This document shows positions 35,362-48,423 of a stretch of DNA of 64,000 bases, one piece after another. Within the stretch, counting starts at the first letter, position 1, and each line of letters begins with the position of its first letter. The DNA is taken from the NCBI GenBank assembly GCA_958009085.1, contig OY253669.1:930001-994000 (forward strand). Reading direction: 5' to 3'. The position numbers and the translations under genes were made by a program. The stretch comes from Protoeuglena noctilucae (lineage: Eukaryota). The notes under the pieces were generated by a model that saw nothing but the letters and a program-made list of their open reading frames with translations, ran no database searches and was not told the origin of the DNA.

Positions 35362-38300
35362 ATGGCCAACATGATGTCCCGCGGCGGGGCTGCGTTGCCC
35401 GCCCCCGTCGTGCTCCTCGCAGCCGATGGCGCATACATCGCCGCTGCTTTGAGCGATAAGGTTCCTCGCGTCCTGGTCTTTCGGCGTGATCATCCCGCGG
35501 AACCCCCGTTGGGTAAGCGAGTTTTGCGCGAAACCTGCCGTGCTGCTTGAATGCGCGGGGCGATTGCATTCAGATTCGCGAGGCGACCTCCCCTCGCAGT
35601 GCTCCACACGCATCTCCAGCGTTATGCGCCCACAGCGCTGGCGTTCAACCCTCGAGGAGTCGAGGACGGGCCTCACACGCCTCGCCTTTGCGTGGGCTCC
35701 CGTGACTCGTGCGTGTTGTGGGACATCCAAGACAGCATCGAGTCCGCCCTGCACGGCCACACGCCACTGGTGATGTAGCCCGACACGAGCGTAGCACCTG
35801 CCATGGACCATGGGACTCCTATGATGCACAGGCCTGCATGATGGTTCACCCGTAACTCTCTGCCCGTTTCCTCTCTTCAGGAACCGCTGGAGCTCACCTC
35901 GGGACAGGGCCGCGTCGATGCCGTGGCGCTATCCAAGCACTGCCAGTGGGCTGCCGTGTGCAGCGGGTGAGAGAGGCGGGTGGCCTTGCACTGCACCCAG
36001 TCCGCCCCACGTGGCTTTCAAGCGACCACGACCTGTCCCCGCAGCGTTCGCGTGTCGGTGGTGGAGGTGGCAACCCTGGCAGAGGCCTTGCGGTTGGAGG
36101 GCCACGGGGGCTCTGTGGTGGCGGCATTCTTCGTGTCGATGCGTCTGGCCGTGGCGTGCGAAGACCGGGCCTTCTATCTCTGGGACATCACCCAGGCACG
36201 TTGGGCTCGGTGTCATTTCCTGAGGCTCAGGAACACGACACGCCCAGCTGCTGCCAGCGATGTCGACTGATTCAACTCTTGTTGTCTCTGGGCCCTCCGC
36301 AGGGACATCTCCTCCATCGTTCGGCCGTCCTCTCCGCCGCCGTCCCCACCGCCGTGACGCCAGACCCGACCTTCCCTCGCCTTGCCCTGGGCTTTGCGGA
36401 CGGGTCACTGCAGGTGAGTGCGACTCACCCCTGCCAGCTGCCAACACCTGTGTTGTTCCTGCGAGCCCTGCCAGCATGTGAGCCTTCCATGCCCTCTCCT
36501 GCTGCCGTAAATGTAGGTGATTGACATTTCGTCTGTCCCCACGGGCGCTGCCCGGACGCTGCACCGCGTCGATGCCGCCAAAGTCGCCGCGAGGTTCCAA
36601 GCACCGGCCAGGGATGCGGATGTGGCGTCAAGTGGCCTCCCGGCACCCACGCTGGTGGTGGACGCAGCGCGCGGGGTCATGGCACCTGGGAGGGCAGAGA
36701 AGACCGAAGCGCCGGGAGCGCCAGTGAGGTGCCGCGCTTCCTGGTACATTGCAGACAGTCTTGATAAGACCAAAACACCAGTGGCGCAACGCTTACAGTG
36801 CCGACGCTGCTTCTGTCCAGCGCCGGGCACCTGTGTATCGCAAACAGCCCACCATGCTCGTCGTCCCTCGCTCGCAGTCCGCCGAGGCCGTGCCGTCTAT
36901 GCTGGTCCAGGCGGGGTCGATGGTGCTGAGCATGGCGTACCTGAGCAGAACGGGCGCTGTCAAAGACACAGCGGGGTGCGGCGAGGCGCTCAGCAGCACT
37001 GCGGGGGAGGGTGACTCAGTGGGGCAGGTTCTGGCGCCGGCACCGACACTGGCAGTCGCGCTTCCCTCGGGCGTGGCGCTCTTCCAGGCCAACACGATGG
37101 AGCTCCTGGGAGTCGAACCGTTTCATGACGGAGGGGCCGCGGCCACCTGCGTCCTGCACGCGGGGCCGGGTCGGGACGGGTGCGCATGCGACGTGCCGCT
37201 CGCAGCATTGCTTGAGGCAAACGTGGCCGATGGACCGTCAGCGATGCTCGCATGCACGTCGCCATGACTCAGACCTCCGCCGCTCCCGCAGTGTCGTGCC
37301 CCAGGCGACGTGTGTGTGCGGCCCGGCCTTCGTGCCCTGTCTCCGCGTCTACGAGGTGGCATGCACGTCGACGCCCGGGACGATGGCATCGTCCGCCGAC
37401 CCCGCGGGCCTCCACGGCGTCGCGACGAGAGTGGCCACCCTGGGCATCGCAGGCCCAGGCAGCGAGGGCGCGGGTGACCCCGACGCAGCCGCCACCGCTC
37501 CCCTGTCCATCTTCCCAACTGCCCCGCTCCCGGACACCTCGCCGCTGGCGCAGCGGCGCTTTTCCGAGCGCAGCGCTTCCTCGTCCTCCTCCCGGAGCGA
37601 GCCGCCCGGCCGCAAGCCCCGCGCGCCGCTGAGCGACCGTCCCGTCACGTTTCACAGCAACGTCAAGAGCTCGGGGTACGGCCTGACCCACCCGAAGCAG
37701 CGGCTGGGGCAGCGGCCCGGCGCGCCCCAGCGCTCCAAGTCTGTGGGTGTCACCTCGCGTGGGCCCAAGGGCGTCGGTGCCGCTGCCCTGTCCCGGCGTT
37801 ACCCCGTGGACTGTGGCGCCATCAGCACGCCGCAGCCGCAGCACGTTTTGCCCAACGGCGCCCCGGTGCACGCGGGGGCAGCCCTGCGCGTGGCGTACGC
37901 CCCGGATGGGTCGCGTCTGGTCTCTTGCGGGACGGACCGTGCGGCACGTGCGCTGCGGCTGCCTATCGCGCGCCACGCAGGCGACGGTTCCACCTTCATC
38001 GGCCACAATGCACCGGTGGTCGCCGCGGTGAGCCATGCCCCATATGCTGCTGGCGACATGCGCGCTGCCCCATCGCCCCACACCGCCTCGCGTCTGAGCT
38101 GAACTGAATACGTCAACTCTCTGTTATTCACAGAGCTGGTCGAGTGCCTCTGACATGGTCCTGACGGGCTCCATGGACGCCACAGCGAGGCTCTGGGCCG
38201 TCGGCAAGTCGGACCCACTCTTAGTCCTCTCGCCATCAACATCTGGGAATGCCAGGGACACTGGGCCTCCCAGCGTCTCGCACGAGGTCACCGCTGCTCG

Positions 38301-39306
38301 GTTCCTGCACCTCGACAAGTTTCTCCTCGTGGCCTCCGGACCCTCCGTGCACGTGTACCGGTGAGGGGCCGCCTACGAATATAGGGTCGCCTGACGTCTG
38401 TCGTTCATCTGTCACCCTCTGTCACCCTTCGTTCTCGCCCTGTCGAGCAAGTCCATCACCCGCTGTGTGGTGCCTTGCCACCAGCTGCACACTGCCTGGT
38501 GCAGGTACGGTCTGGGTGCGGATACGGCAAAGAATGACCTGGAGCGCCTGCGCAACAGCAACCACGCGCGGTGCGTGTGGACGTTTAAGACGGGGTCCCA
38601 GACGGTCCTGGACGCGGCCTGCCCCAACAGCTTCGTCAGCCATTTGGGTGAGAGGCTCGCCATTCGCAGTGCATGCCTCCGCGCTGCAGTCAGCGTCACA
38701 CACTGACTGATGGTCAGACCCACGAGACACACTCACTGATACTGACCAGTATTTTACCATAAATACCGACCCACTCACTAGCCTTACACACCTCCCACCA
38801 CCCCATCGTCCGCCCACGCCGCGCCCGCAGTCATCTGCGCCGGCTCCTCGCGCGCTTTGGACGTCGTCGACCTGGCCGCGGGCCGCACGGCGCGCACCGT
38901 CCCCGACGCCCACGCCCGCCCCCCCGCGAGAGTCGTGCTCAACGAGGTCTCGCCCTTCGCGTCGCATCCCGCGTCCGCTTACAACCTCTTCGCCACGACC
39001 GCCCCCGACGGCTGCGCCAAGCTCTGGGACCTCCGTGATACGCGTTGCGTGCGGTCTCTGTCTGCCCACGCCAACCGGCAGGTGTCTGTGGGTGCTGCTT
39101 TCAGCCCTTGCATGCGCTACCTCGCCGTGGGATCGGAGGACAAGACGGCGTGCGTGTACGACCTCCGCACGGGCCTGGTGTGCGATAAGTTGCGGGGGCA
39201 CGGGGATGCCGTGGTGGATGTCGCCTATCACCCCCTGCACCCCCAGCTCGTGACGGCGGGGCTCGACGGCCATTTGCGCTTCTTTGCCGACACAGACGGG
39301 CCTTGA
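35362..39306 (+). CDS. WDR27: WD40 repeat protein, WDR27-like, multi-exon
   Basis: N- and C-terminal WD clusters with linker DRPVTFHSNVKSSGYG, and AYNLFATTAPDGCAKLWDLR...AFSPCMRYLAVGSED...YHPLHPQLVTAGLDG. Confidence 0.85.
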
Positions 39307-39604
39307 GCAATGAGCGGTGCCTTTTGAAAAGGCACGTCGGCGAGCGTCGAACACAAGGGGACTGGAAGGACACAGAGCTGCTGCGGCCGGCCTAGTACGC
39401 GCGACACGGGCGTGGTAGCAGTGACAACCACAGAACCCTGCTCCTGGCGTGTCCCCCCCAAGCGTGCCAGCATTGGTCGCGTCAGACTTGCACGTTGGCT
39501 GCTCTCAACCGAACGAGGGCGGGGGCGGCTGGTGCTGCTGGGGAGGGTACTGCTGCCCCTGGTAAGGTCCCTGTGCGCAAACGAGAACGGGAGACCCTCA
39601 ACGT

Positions 39605-42600
39605 CATGTTTCCTGCATTGAATGCATCGCATCAGTTGCCGAGAACCAGTCCTGTCGCAAAGCGCCTCACCTGGGCATATCCCTGGCTGTAGGCAGGAGG
39701 GTAGGGCTGCGGGGCTTGCCCGTACGGCCCGCCGTAGTTGGGAGCCTGGGGCGGGTACTGGGATGGGGGGGCCGATTGCCCGTATTGCCCTTGCTGTTGC
39801 CCGTACTGCCCCTGCTGCTGCCCATACTGGCCCTGTTGTTGACCATACTGCCCCTGCTGCTGGTTATACTGCCCCTGCTGCTGGCCGTAGTGGCCTTGTG
39901 CGCCGTAGGGTGCCTGTTGAGACGAGCTGGCGTGTTGCGCCACATGACCCCCGTACGCGTAGGAGGGAGCTTGCGCGGGCGGAGGCGGGGGCGGATAGCT
40001 CTGGCCCGGCCCGGTCAGCGACGACGGGGGCGGGGGCGGCGCACTGCCCAGAGACATGCTGGCCATCTGCGGGACGGGCGGACCTGCGAAAAGACAGCGG
40101 GGCCAGGGCTTCAACAAAACTGGGAGGGCTGCGGGGGCAACAACAGTTTGAGCTCCGCAGCTACAGTAGACCACTGTGTGGTTGACACAGTCTGGGTCAG
40201 CAAATGACAAGCCTGCCATGACGCACAGCAGCTAACTCACCAGCGCCACGCTTGCCCAGGTCCTCGATCAGGTCGTCTCTCTCGGCCTTGCGTGACATGA
40301 GGAAGTCCCTCACGGTCTGCCCCAGGATCTGCACCTCGTCCTGCAGCTGGGAGTAGAAGCGGAGGCCCGCCTCCAGGTTCCCCATCGCGGACATGAAGGC
40401 CGCGATGTCGTCCTGCACCGCCTGGGCCGTCGCACGGCACTGCGACTGCCACTCCTCGAATTGGAACGCCTGGCGGTAGTGCCGCTGCGCCACCTCCATG
40501 TCCGCCAACGCCTGCGGAGCGCCGACAGTTGCGTTATGCTAACCAAGAGGCTCTCGGCTGCGCAGGGATCAATGCCCGCCCCGCCACAGTGCAGCGCACA
40601 TGCGGTAGAGCCGCGACGTGCTATGCGCTATGCGATAGCGAATCCCATGCCCGCCCTCAAGGTCTCGCCTTCTTGGTCGCGGTTGCGTTCGCCTGGACTC
40701 CCTCAACCACGCGGTCGAACAGCGCCATGCCGTCGCGGAAGGCCACGTCCTCCGGAACCCCCGAGGCCAGGCGGTGGCTGACGTCGCTCGCGTCCCGCAC
40801 CCGCTTCAGCTCCGCCTCGAGCTCCGCGCGCTCCCCGGCGAGCCTCTCCGCCTCCAGGAGCAGCGAGCGCAGGCGGCTGGCAGCCTCGGCCGGTGAGACC
40901 TCGCCCACGGGGACCATCGGGGCCTCGAGCGCGGGCATGCGCCGCATCACGGCGCTCATGTTCAAACCGCGGAGGCGGTCCTCGGACGACACCAGCGTCG
41001 CGCGGACCTGCGGACGGCGGTGCGGTGGCCGTTGCTTGTCGCCCGGCATCTGCCGTGGCCTGGTCTCTGCTAAAACAGCAGGGTGCCGCACTAGATGACA
41101 GCAGGGCGCCGCGACTGGATGTATACAGTGAAGCCCCTGGCCTCACCTGCTCGTCGGTCTTGGCTGCCGTGGAGACGTGCCCACGTAGCCGCTCCAGCGC
41201 CCCGCGATACTGCGAGTTGAGGCTGGTGCTCGGCTGGCGCTTCCACTGAGTCCCGAACTTGGCACGCAGGTTGCCGTCGTCCTCTTGCTCCTTGGCCAGG
41301 AGACTCTGCGGGGTGGCTCAGAGGATAGCACCATGCGCTGCAAAGAGCGCTACTGCAGTCGTAGCGTTGCAGCCGGTTCATTCATCGCCCTGCCTGCAGA
41401 AAGCACAGCTGCAGTCAAAGCATGGTCACTGGCGCCATTGGTCCTCTCAGCTGTTCTTCCCATCGCCGCTACTCACCTCGAGCTTGTCCATCTCCTCAAT
41501 CGCGACGGCCTTCATGTCGTCGATCTGCTCGGCCAGCCCATGCAGCGCCGTCACGCCTCCGATGCTCTGCACCTTGGACACCTCCGCCTTGACTGCGGCC
41601 AGCCGACGCAGGCACAGGGTGGCGCAGGGTGCTAGCCCAGCCGCGCCTGCGCCATAACCCTAGGCCGCACGAACACGAACCTTTTCCGGCTCCCAAAGAG
41701 TCTGCCTGCCCATGCCAGCATCTCCGTGCATCTCACTTCAGTCACGTCAACGCAGGATCCGCTATCCTCGCGTCCCTCACCTGTGTCTGGCACCGCAGCC
41801 TCTGACGGTCCCTCCAGTGCCTGCAACGCCTCCGGCAGCTCCCAAAGCCGCATCGCGACGTGCACCTCCTCCGACGCCCCCTCGATGCGCTCCATCTGCT
41901 CCCGGACCAGGCGATCCACCATGTCCGTGTACCTGCATAGACCAGGCACAGTGATCGCCATCATGGCTTGTACCCTACCGACGGTGCGCAATGACGGAGC
42001 ATCGGTGAGCGCTTGCGTGGCACGCACCGTGACAGCGACCGAGCCATGTCCTCCGGCACCACGCTGTTAAAGAGAACGGGCTCCGGGGGTCCGCCCTTGG
42101 GCGTCTGGAGGAGCGCGGTGGCTGGCGAGGACTTGACCAGAGGCGCTCCCACGATGGGAGGCAGGTCCGCATAGGCAGGGACGCGGCACAGGAACACCGC
42201 GCGATTCTCCTTCTCCGCACTGCAAGGCGAGATGAGACACGGGGCTCGGTCTCAGTGCCACAGAGACTTTGCGGGGCGAACATCGTGTGGCGACGGGTGT
42301 ACCGACTGGCAGGCACGGCTGGCGTCGGTGACTGGGCAGCGACGCACCGGTTGAGCGCCGAGGTAACGTCTTCGGTCAGGCGCTTGCCCGACTCGTGGAG
42401 CTTGGACTCGGGGCTCAGTCCCTTGAGCGCCCGGGACATGGCAGCAGCCGTGTCGGACGCACACCGCAAGCGGCTGACCTCTGGGCCGTTCTCGTCCGCC
42501 TCCCGCGCCACCTGACTCTGGTGCAGCTCCGCCAGCGCCTCATACATCCTGCGATGCGATCAAAAGATTACGCATTGTCTGACATGACGGCGCGATGATG

Positions 42601-43954
42601 CCCCATGCTAGGGACCCACAGCGCACGTGCGATGTACAAGTCATGCCCTAGTCCGTGCGTGAAGGTCATGCGCGAGGTACGGGCCGCGGCCCGGGCACGC
42701 ACTTGTTCTTCACGAGGGCGTGCGCGGCCCACGACTTGTCGAGGTGCTTGGCCAAGGGCCCCTCGCGTGCGAGGGCCTCTGCCTCCCCGAAGAGGTCCGC
42801 GCACTGCTTGGCCAGGCGGGCCAGGATGCCACCCTTCTTGCCACCCATCGCCGCACTCTCGTAGCAACACTGCGGGGAGCGGCTTCGAGGGCCCGTGGCC
42901 GCCGCGCTTGGTCTAAGCAGACCTGCACCCCGTCTGCACCCCCGCTCACACAGAACCCGCGGCACCCGGCCAGACCTGAGCTGCGCCCTCGGCCCCACCT
43001 GCTGCGCCTGTGCCAGGCAGAGCTTCTCCAGCATGGTACAGCAGCTGGGTCCGATGTCCTCCGGCCGCGAGGACGCATCGAGCTTCACGGCCACCTGGTC
43101 CCTCAGATGCGCAAAGCACCCCGCAGCGTCCTGGAGGTTCCGTGCTGCGCCGTTGACGCCGTCCGGGGACGCCCGGTCAGCCTCGGACGCCAGCTTGGTC
43201 AAGGCCGCTCCCATGTTGAACAGAACCGCGGACTTCTCCAGGTGCACCGAACAGCTGACCTGCCTCTGGGAGGGCTTGAACGCGTCGTCCCACGAAAAGC
43301 GCACCTCCACGCCTGCGGGGACGCCAGCAGCGCGCATATCCGAGAGCCGCGCGTGCGAGGTCCGTCGTGACATGCGAGCGAAACAGAAATGGCCATCGCA
43401 CCTGTCGCGGAGATGGGGAAGCGAATCTCGAGACCCTGCAGCACCTTGAACCACCGCCTGCGTGCCAGGGATGGATAGATGCGGCCATGGTTCGCCCAAA
43501 CACAAGAAATTCATGCATGGCGATCCAGCGGGGGCCATCAAGCGTCGCGAGGGGCATGCGCGCCATCGCACTAAGCGGCGCTGACCTGCAAGCGTTGACG
43601 CGCGCCTCCGTGGAGAGCGACGAGGAAGCGGCCTCCTCTCGGAGCTTCGCCACGACATCTAGGTCATCGTTGCAGTTTGGGACACCTGCGAGAGGGGACA
43701 GGTTCGCGTTCCCTCGGCTGCCGAAGCAACGGGCTCCGGCGCCGAGGCTCCGCGCGCACCGGGGGCTCGGTGGCCCAGATAGCCGTGATCCACGGTAAGA
43801 ATAGAGGACACACGAGCCGATACCATGCCAAGAGCCTCTCACTATGCACGCCATAGTTGTCTTTGATCCACTTCTCCAGCGGGGCACGCAGGTCCACCGC
43901 GTGGCCGCCCTTGAAGGGCACGGGGAGAAGCACGGTCTTGAAGTGGGCTGGCAT
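39605..43954 (-). CDS. ALIX: ALIX/BRO1 ESCRT accessory protein (Bro1 domain, V domain, Pro/Gln/Tyr-rich tail), multi-exon; 3' end approximate
   Basis: FSWDDAFKP...LEKSAVLFNMGA...AAGCFAHLRD...LEKLCLAQAQ; NLEAGLRFYSQLQ...RDFLMSRKAERDDLIEDL. Confidence 0.92.
39775..39895 (-). repeat. Coding tandem repeat, 21-nt unit encoding GQYGQQQ (about 5 copies) in the ALIX tail
   Basis: Repeated (g/c)ccgtactgcccctgctgctg-like units on the + strand; translation QGHYGQQQGQYNQQQGQYGQQQGQYGQQQGQYGQQQGQYGQ. Confidence 0.9.
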
Positions 43955-44509
43955 GAGTCCAAGGAAGCCACTCGCGGGGGCACCCGCTGGGGCAGCGCGC
44001 GAGAGCGACGCGAGGGCCTCTCTCCTAACTAGCTCGCACCAGGGCCACGGCAAGTGGCTCAGCCGCAGCGAAGTGATGAAATGGAACAAACACAGTGCCT
44101 GGTGATGGAGACGCGGGGAGGGACGCGCGATTCGGGACGAGCCCGCGGCCTAGGGCAACCCCAAACCCTGGCCTCCCCTGGCCAATGCCGCTTTCAGCCG
44201 GCTCTGCCGCTGTGCCACACGACGCCTTGAGCCATTATGCATGACCCACAGGCACAGGGTGGTCACACCTCGCTTGAATTGTGACAGGGGGCGCAGCATG
44301 ACGGTTTGCCCGTTCGACAGGCGTACAGCGGGCGCCCAAGGTAGATGGTGCCAGCTGCGGTCTCCTAACAACACATGCGCACTGAGACGACAATGCTGGA
44401 CTGATAGCGACGTGGTTGGGGTCCCCTGCAATGCTCTGCCTCCTAGGCAGTACCGGCAAAGCACGTAGAGAGTTCGGCTTCTTGCTAACAACCTCCTGAA
44501 CTGAAGCTC

Positions 44510-46109
44510 TCACGAAGTGAAGGTGTCCAAGCCGGCCTCGAAGAACGCCAGCAAGGTGGCCCTGATCCTCCGCATGTCGTGGCTCCCCAGCAGGGACTGC
44601 GAACACCAAAACCTGGCCCATGTCAGTGGGTCCTGTTCCAATATCAGGAGCACCACCCCATCCATGCAATCCCGATCTCACCTGCGCGGTCTGCTCCGCG
44701 ATCTCCTCGATTTCCAGCGAGTCCGCTCGTGGCTTGGGAGCGGGGCGCTTGCCAGCGCCGGCCTTGCTCCGGTGCGGCGACGGCGGCGGCGGCGACTCCC
44801 AGGGCAAGCCGCCCGTCGTGCCCCATCCAGGCCAGCCCGGGGAACCCCATCCCATGTGCGGCATCGGAGGTGGGCTATGGAAAGGCCCGGGTCGCGGACC
44901 CCATGCATGGGGCGGTGGGGGCGGCGGCGGACCCCACGGAGCCTCCCATCCCCCGCATCCGAACCCGTACGAGGTGCTCGGGTATCCAAACGGGCTGCCG
45001 TAGCTCTGGGCATGTGCCGGGTATCTCTCAGGATAAGCCCAGGCGTCAGGGTAGCTGCCCTGATGGGGGTAGCCACCCTCGAACCCTGCCGCATCGTCGA
45101 ACCCCTGGTCTTCCTCCCAGTCGTCCACTCCCGGCTCGTCCTCCTCCCATTGGTCCTGGTCAAAGTCGTCCCCTCCCTCGTCCCAACCACCGCCCCTTGC
45201 AGCACCCGTATGCTCCCGGCTCGGTCCCAGGCCCCCGTCATGCGCCTCGGCCCGGCCGGACATAGGCGGCGGCACCTCCTTTGCCACTCTGCGAGGAAGC
45301 AAACCAGCGGGCTGTCATGAACCAAGTGCTTGGGATCGATGCACGTGTTCCAACTGTTCCAGCCCACGTCGCCTCGTCACCTGGACTTGAGAAGGCTCGG
45401 CCGCGACTCTGGGTCGTTTATGCATCCCTGCCCGTCATCCGCGTGCGCCTGCCGGAACCACTCGACGGCTTCCCCATACGCGACCAACAGCGCACTGTCG
45501 TCCCACTGCCCTGCGTCGTCCAGCGCGCAACGAAGAGTCGCGCTCGTTCGAGAAAAGCTTCATTGTCGACAATGCATATCTCCGGCCGCAACGCACCTGG
45601 ATCGTACACAAATCGGAAATCTGGACTCGACACGGCGCCTCCCGCCACGGCGTCCGTCTCCCCCGCCTCCGCGCCCCCGCCGGTGCCCTTGGATGTCGCC
45701 GCATCCGCACAGAGCGGGTGATCATTCCAGTCGTCCGGAAGCTCCACTTCCGGCAGCTCCCCCGCCGGCCGCCCTTCGACCAAGACAGCACCCGGCCGTC
45801 GTCACGTTCCCGTCGCCTCGCTCACGCCAGGGGCTCAGGCAGGGCGCAAACGATGCATCTGCTCCGACACAGCCTGTGCTCTCAAATCGGGCCTCGCTAT
45901 AAGCTGCGCTCACCCTCCTCGTCGTCAGCCGAAGACCACGCCCGTGCGGTCGTCGGCTGCTCGCGATTCGCGTCCGTTGGAGCGTCAAGCGCGTTCTCGG
46001 GCTCTTCCTCCCGATAGCCTGCGCCGGTGTCGAAGGTCGGACCCACCCGGTAAGGGCCGTCGAGGTCCAGACCCTCCACCATGCGCAGGGTCTGGTAGAC
46101 GGCGCTCAT
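44510..46109 (-). CDS. SMN: Survival motor neuron (SMN/Gemin1)-like protein, about 5 exons
   Basis: Gemin2-binding motif QWDDSALLVAYGEAV (about 45465-45510), poly-Pro region, terminal TLLAFFEAGLDTFTS* aligning to the start of the YG-box. Confidence 0.75.
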
Positions 46110-46471
46110 GGTGCGCGAAACGCGATGAGCGCGCGGGCTCCGCAGCCCTGACGACGGATTTCCACAGCGAGAAGCCCCACGGATCGGTATAGCGTCTGGC
46201 AGCGCCGGTTTGGCTGACTTACACAATGCCAGAGGGGACACCGAAGCGCGAGAGCGGATTTGCCGGCTCTTGGTGTCATCGATCATCAGATAATCCATTC
46301 GATGGCCGCTTCGAGCCGCTCCGGGTGCGCGAAAGGGTCCATAGCCGCTGCAATCAGTGCCCGAGTGCGTGTTTGTCGAAAAGGGCTCAAAGGTCCAGCC
46401 CCCGTCCTCGCCTGTGCGCTCGCCGCGGATGTAGTGTTCCTCGTTGCTTGGAGTACAAGAAGCTTGGCGCG

Positions 46472-47846
46472 ATGGCGCAGGATGAGGTCCCCTTCACGCA
46501 CGTGAGGAGCTTGCGAATGATGCCGACATGTGCTCGCTCCTCACCGTCTGGGTCTCCGGCCGCCCCGCCTTTGCACCGTCTAAAGTCACCAGGTCTCGTC
46601 CTCGCAGGTGTTGATTGACCTGGATGACACTCTGTACGACGAGCCTCGCGTCCCGGAGTGGGTCCGCACGAAGATAGATGAGTACTTGTTGCGAGAGCTC
46701 GGATGTCCGAAGGAGGAGGTGGTCGACAAGCGGACGCAGCTGTTCCTCGAGTACGGCACCACGATGGCAGGGCTCATTGCAACCGGGCACGCGATCTCCT
46801 TCGACGACTGGCACGCCTGGGTGGTGAGTGTGGCCACACGACGCTTGGCAGTCGTTGGTCGCACGGTGACCGACCAGGGGCTGTGTCTTCCCATCTCCCT
46901 GGCCATCCCAGTGCGCCTCAGTACCTTGCACACGCAGCACGGCACGATCCCCTACGACGAGTGGATCCCGGCAAGGCCGATGTTACGCGCGATTTTGGAG
47001 GCCATCGAGGGTCCCAGGAAGTGGGTGTTCACCAACGCCGACGAGGCCCACGCCAAGCGATGTTTGGAGCGCCTGGGAATGGACCAGGGCTTGTTCGACG
47101 GGATCATCAGCTTCGACAGCATCATGCTCAGCGCCCACAAGGAGGGGCTCGTGGCCCCCAAGCCGGGGCTGAACGGCAAGCCGGGGCCGCTCTACCCCAT
47201 CGTGTGCAAGCCCAGGTGCGGCGCGGGCAGGGGCTCGCCCAACCCTCACACAGGATGGGTCACCTTTGTCACCGTGAGGAAGGGCTCTGACTGGATCTTC
47301 CTGCCCGCCAATGCTTGGGCAAGCAATGACGAAAGCTCCCGTGCGTCCGTCTTTCCCGCAGTCGAGATGCGTTCCGTTTGGCCCTCCGCCAGTGCGGTGC
47401 GTCGGACCCATCCCGCGTGGTCTTTATCGACGACTCCCCACGCAACATGCAAGGCGGCAAGGCGATGGGCATGACGACCGTGATGGTGGGGCACGGCACG
47501 CCCACGTCCTCCGCAGACTACTGCATTCGGGACTTGGAGCACCTCCCACGGGTGATGGTGAGCGGGGGATGCGCATGCAGGGGCAACACACACCCTGGCA
47601 GCTTCCTGCGTGCTGACGGATGGCGATGGCTGACCTGCCCGTGCTCCCGTGCAGCCCATGCTCTTCAATCATGCCAAGCTGTCGAGGATACCAGCAGCAA
47701 TGATGGGCAACCCACCAGACCACAATGTTCACCACTCCGCGTCCACTCCCGACCTCGGCCGCTCGCCTGCGGAGCCCCGTGCGCCGGTGCGCGCCCCCAC
47801 TCTGCAGGAGGAGGACTTCGTCGATCCGAGCATGGCACAGGTTTAG
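46472..47846 (+). CDS. HAD-superfamily pyrimidine 5'-nucleotidase (SDT1-like), multi-exon
   Basis: Motif I DLDDTLY, EYGTTMAGL, KWVFTNADEAHA, IVCKPS, VFIDDSPRNM...GMTTVMVG. Confidence 0.92.
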
Positions 47847-48423
47847 ATGCTCCTGTGTAGTGCTAGCTCGAAGGATCGCCAAGTGATAGCTAGCACGCAA
47901 GGCTGGAGATGCCGGGCTCAGATGCGTTTGTCATGACTCCATCTTGCGCTAGGTGGCGCGTATGGGGATTTTCTGAATGGAGTCGTGCCTCATCGGTGCG
48001 GTGACTCGCCGTTGTCAGTTGCGATGTTTGGATGGGGTTTCGGCCGTCGCAAGAACCGCAATGGGGATCAACAGTTGTGGAATCTTTCAAAGACTTTTGC
48101 TGACGGGGGCAGGACGCCTTGGCTTCAGGCGCGCGGGCTTTCCTGCCCGCCATCAAGGCTCTCGCATCTCTCGCCTCCTGAGCAGGCAAGGGCTGGCGCT
48201 CTTCCGGTCATCCAACGCCTCATGCATCGTACATATAAGCACAACATTGTCACGCTCCAATCCTTCTGTTTGCAGCGATCCTGCGCGCTGCTGAGGGTCG
48301 CAATCGGAGTAAGCGTTCCCGGCTGCCGGTTCTGGGGGGCGCCGGCGCCAGGTACGGGTGCGCAGCAGCAGACGTTACGGCGTTTTATCATTCCTTGCAT
48401 CATGGCTGCACGAGGAAGCCGCG

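Noticed and set aside
39775..39895. Regular short repeats as a possible CRISPR-like array (also 61878-62125)
   Set aside because: No unique spacers; they are in-frame peptide repeats inside eukaryotic genes
45897..46109. 71-aa ORF upstream of the SMN motif as a second bicistronic ORF
   Set aside because: A phase-compatible intron (GT donor at about 45912, AG acceptor at about 45776) joins it in frame to the SMN exons
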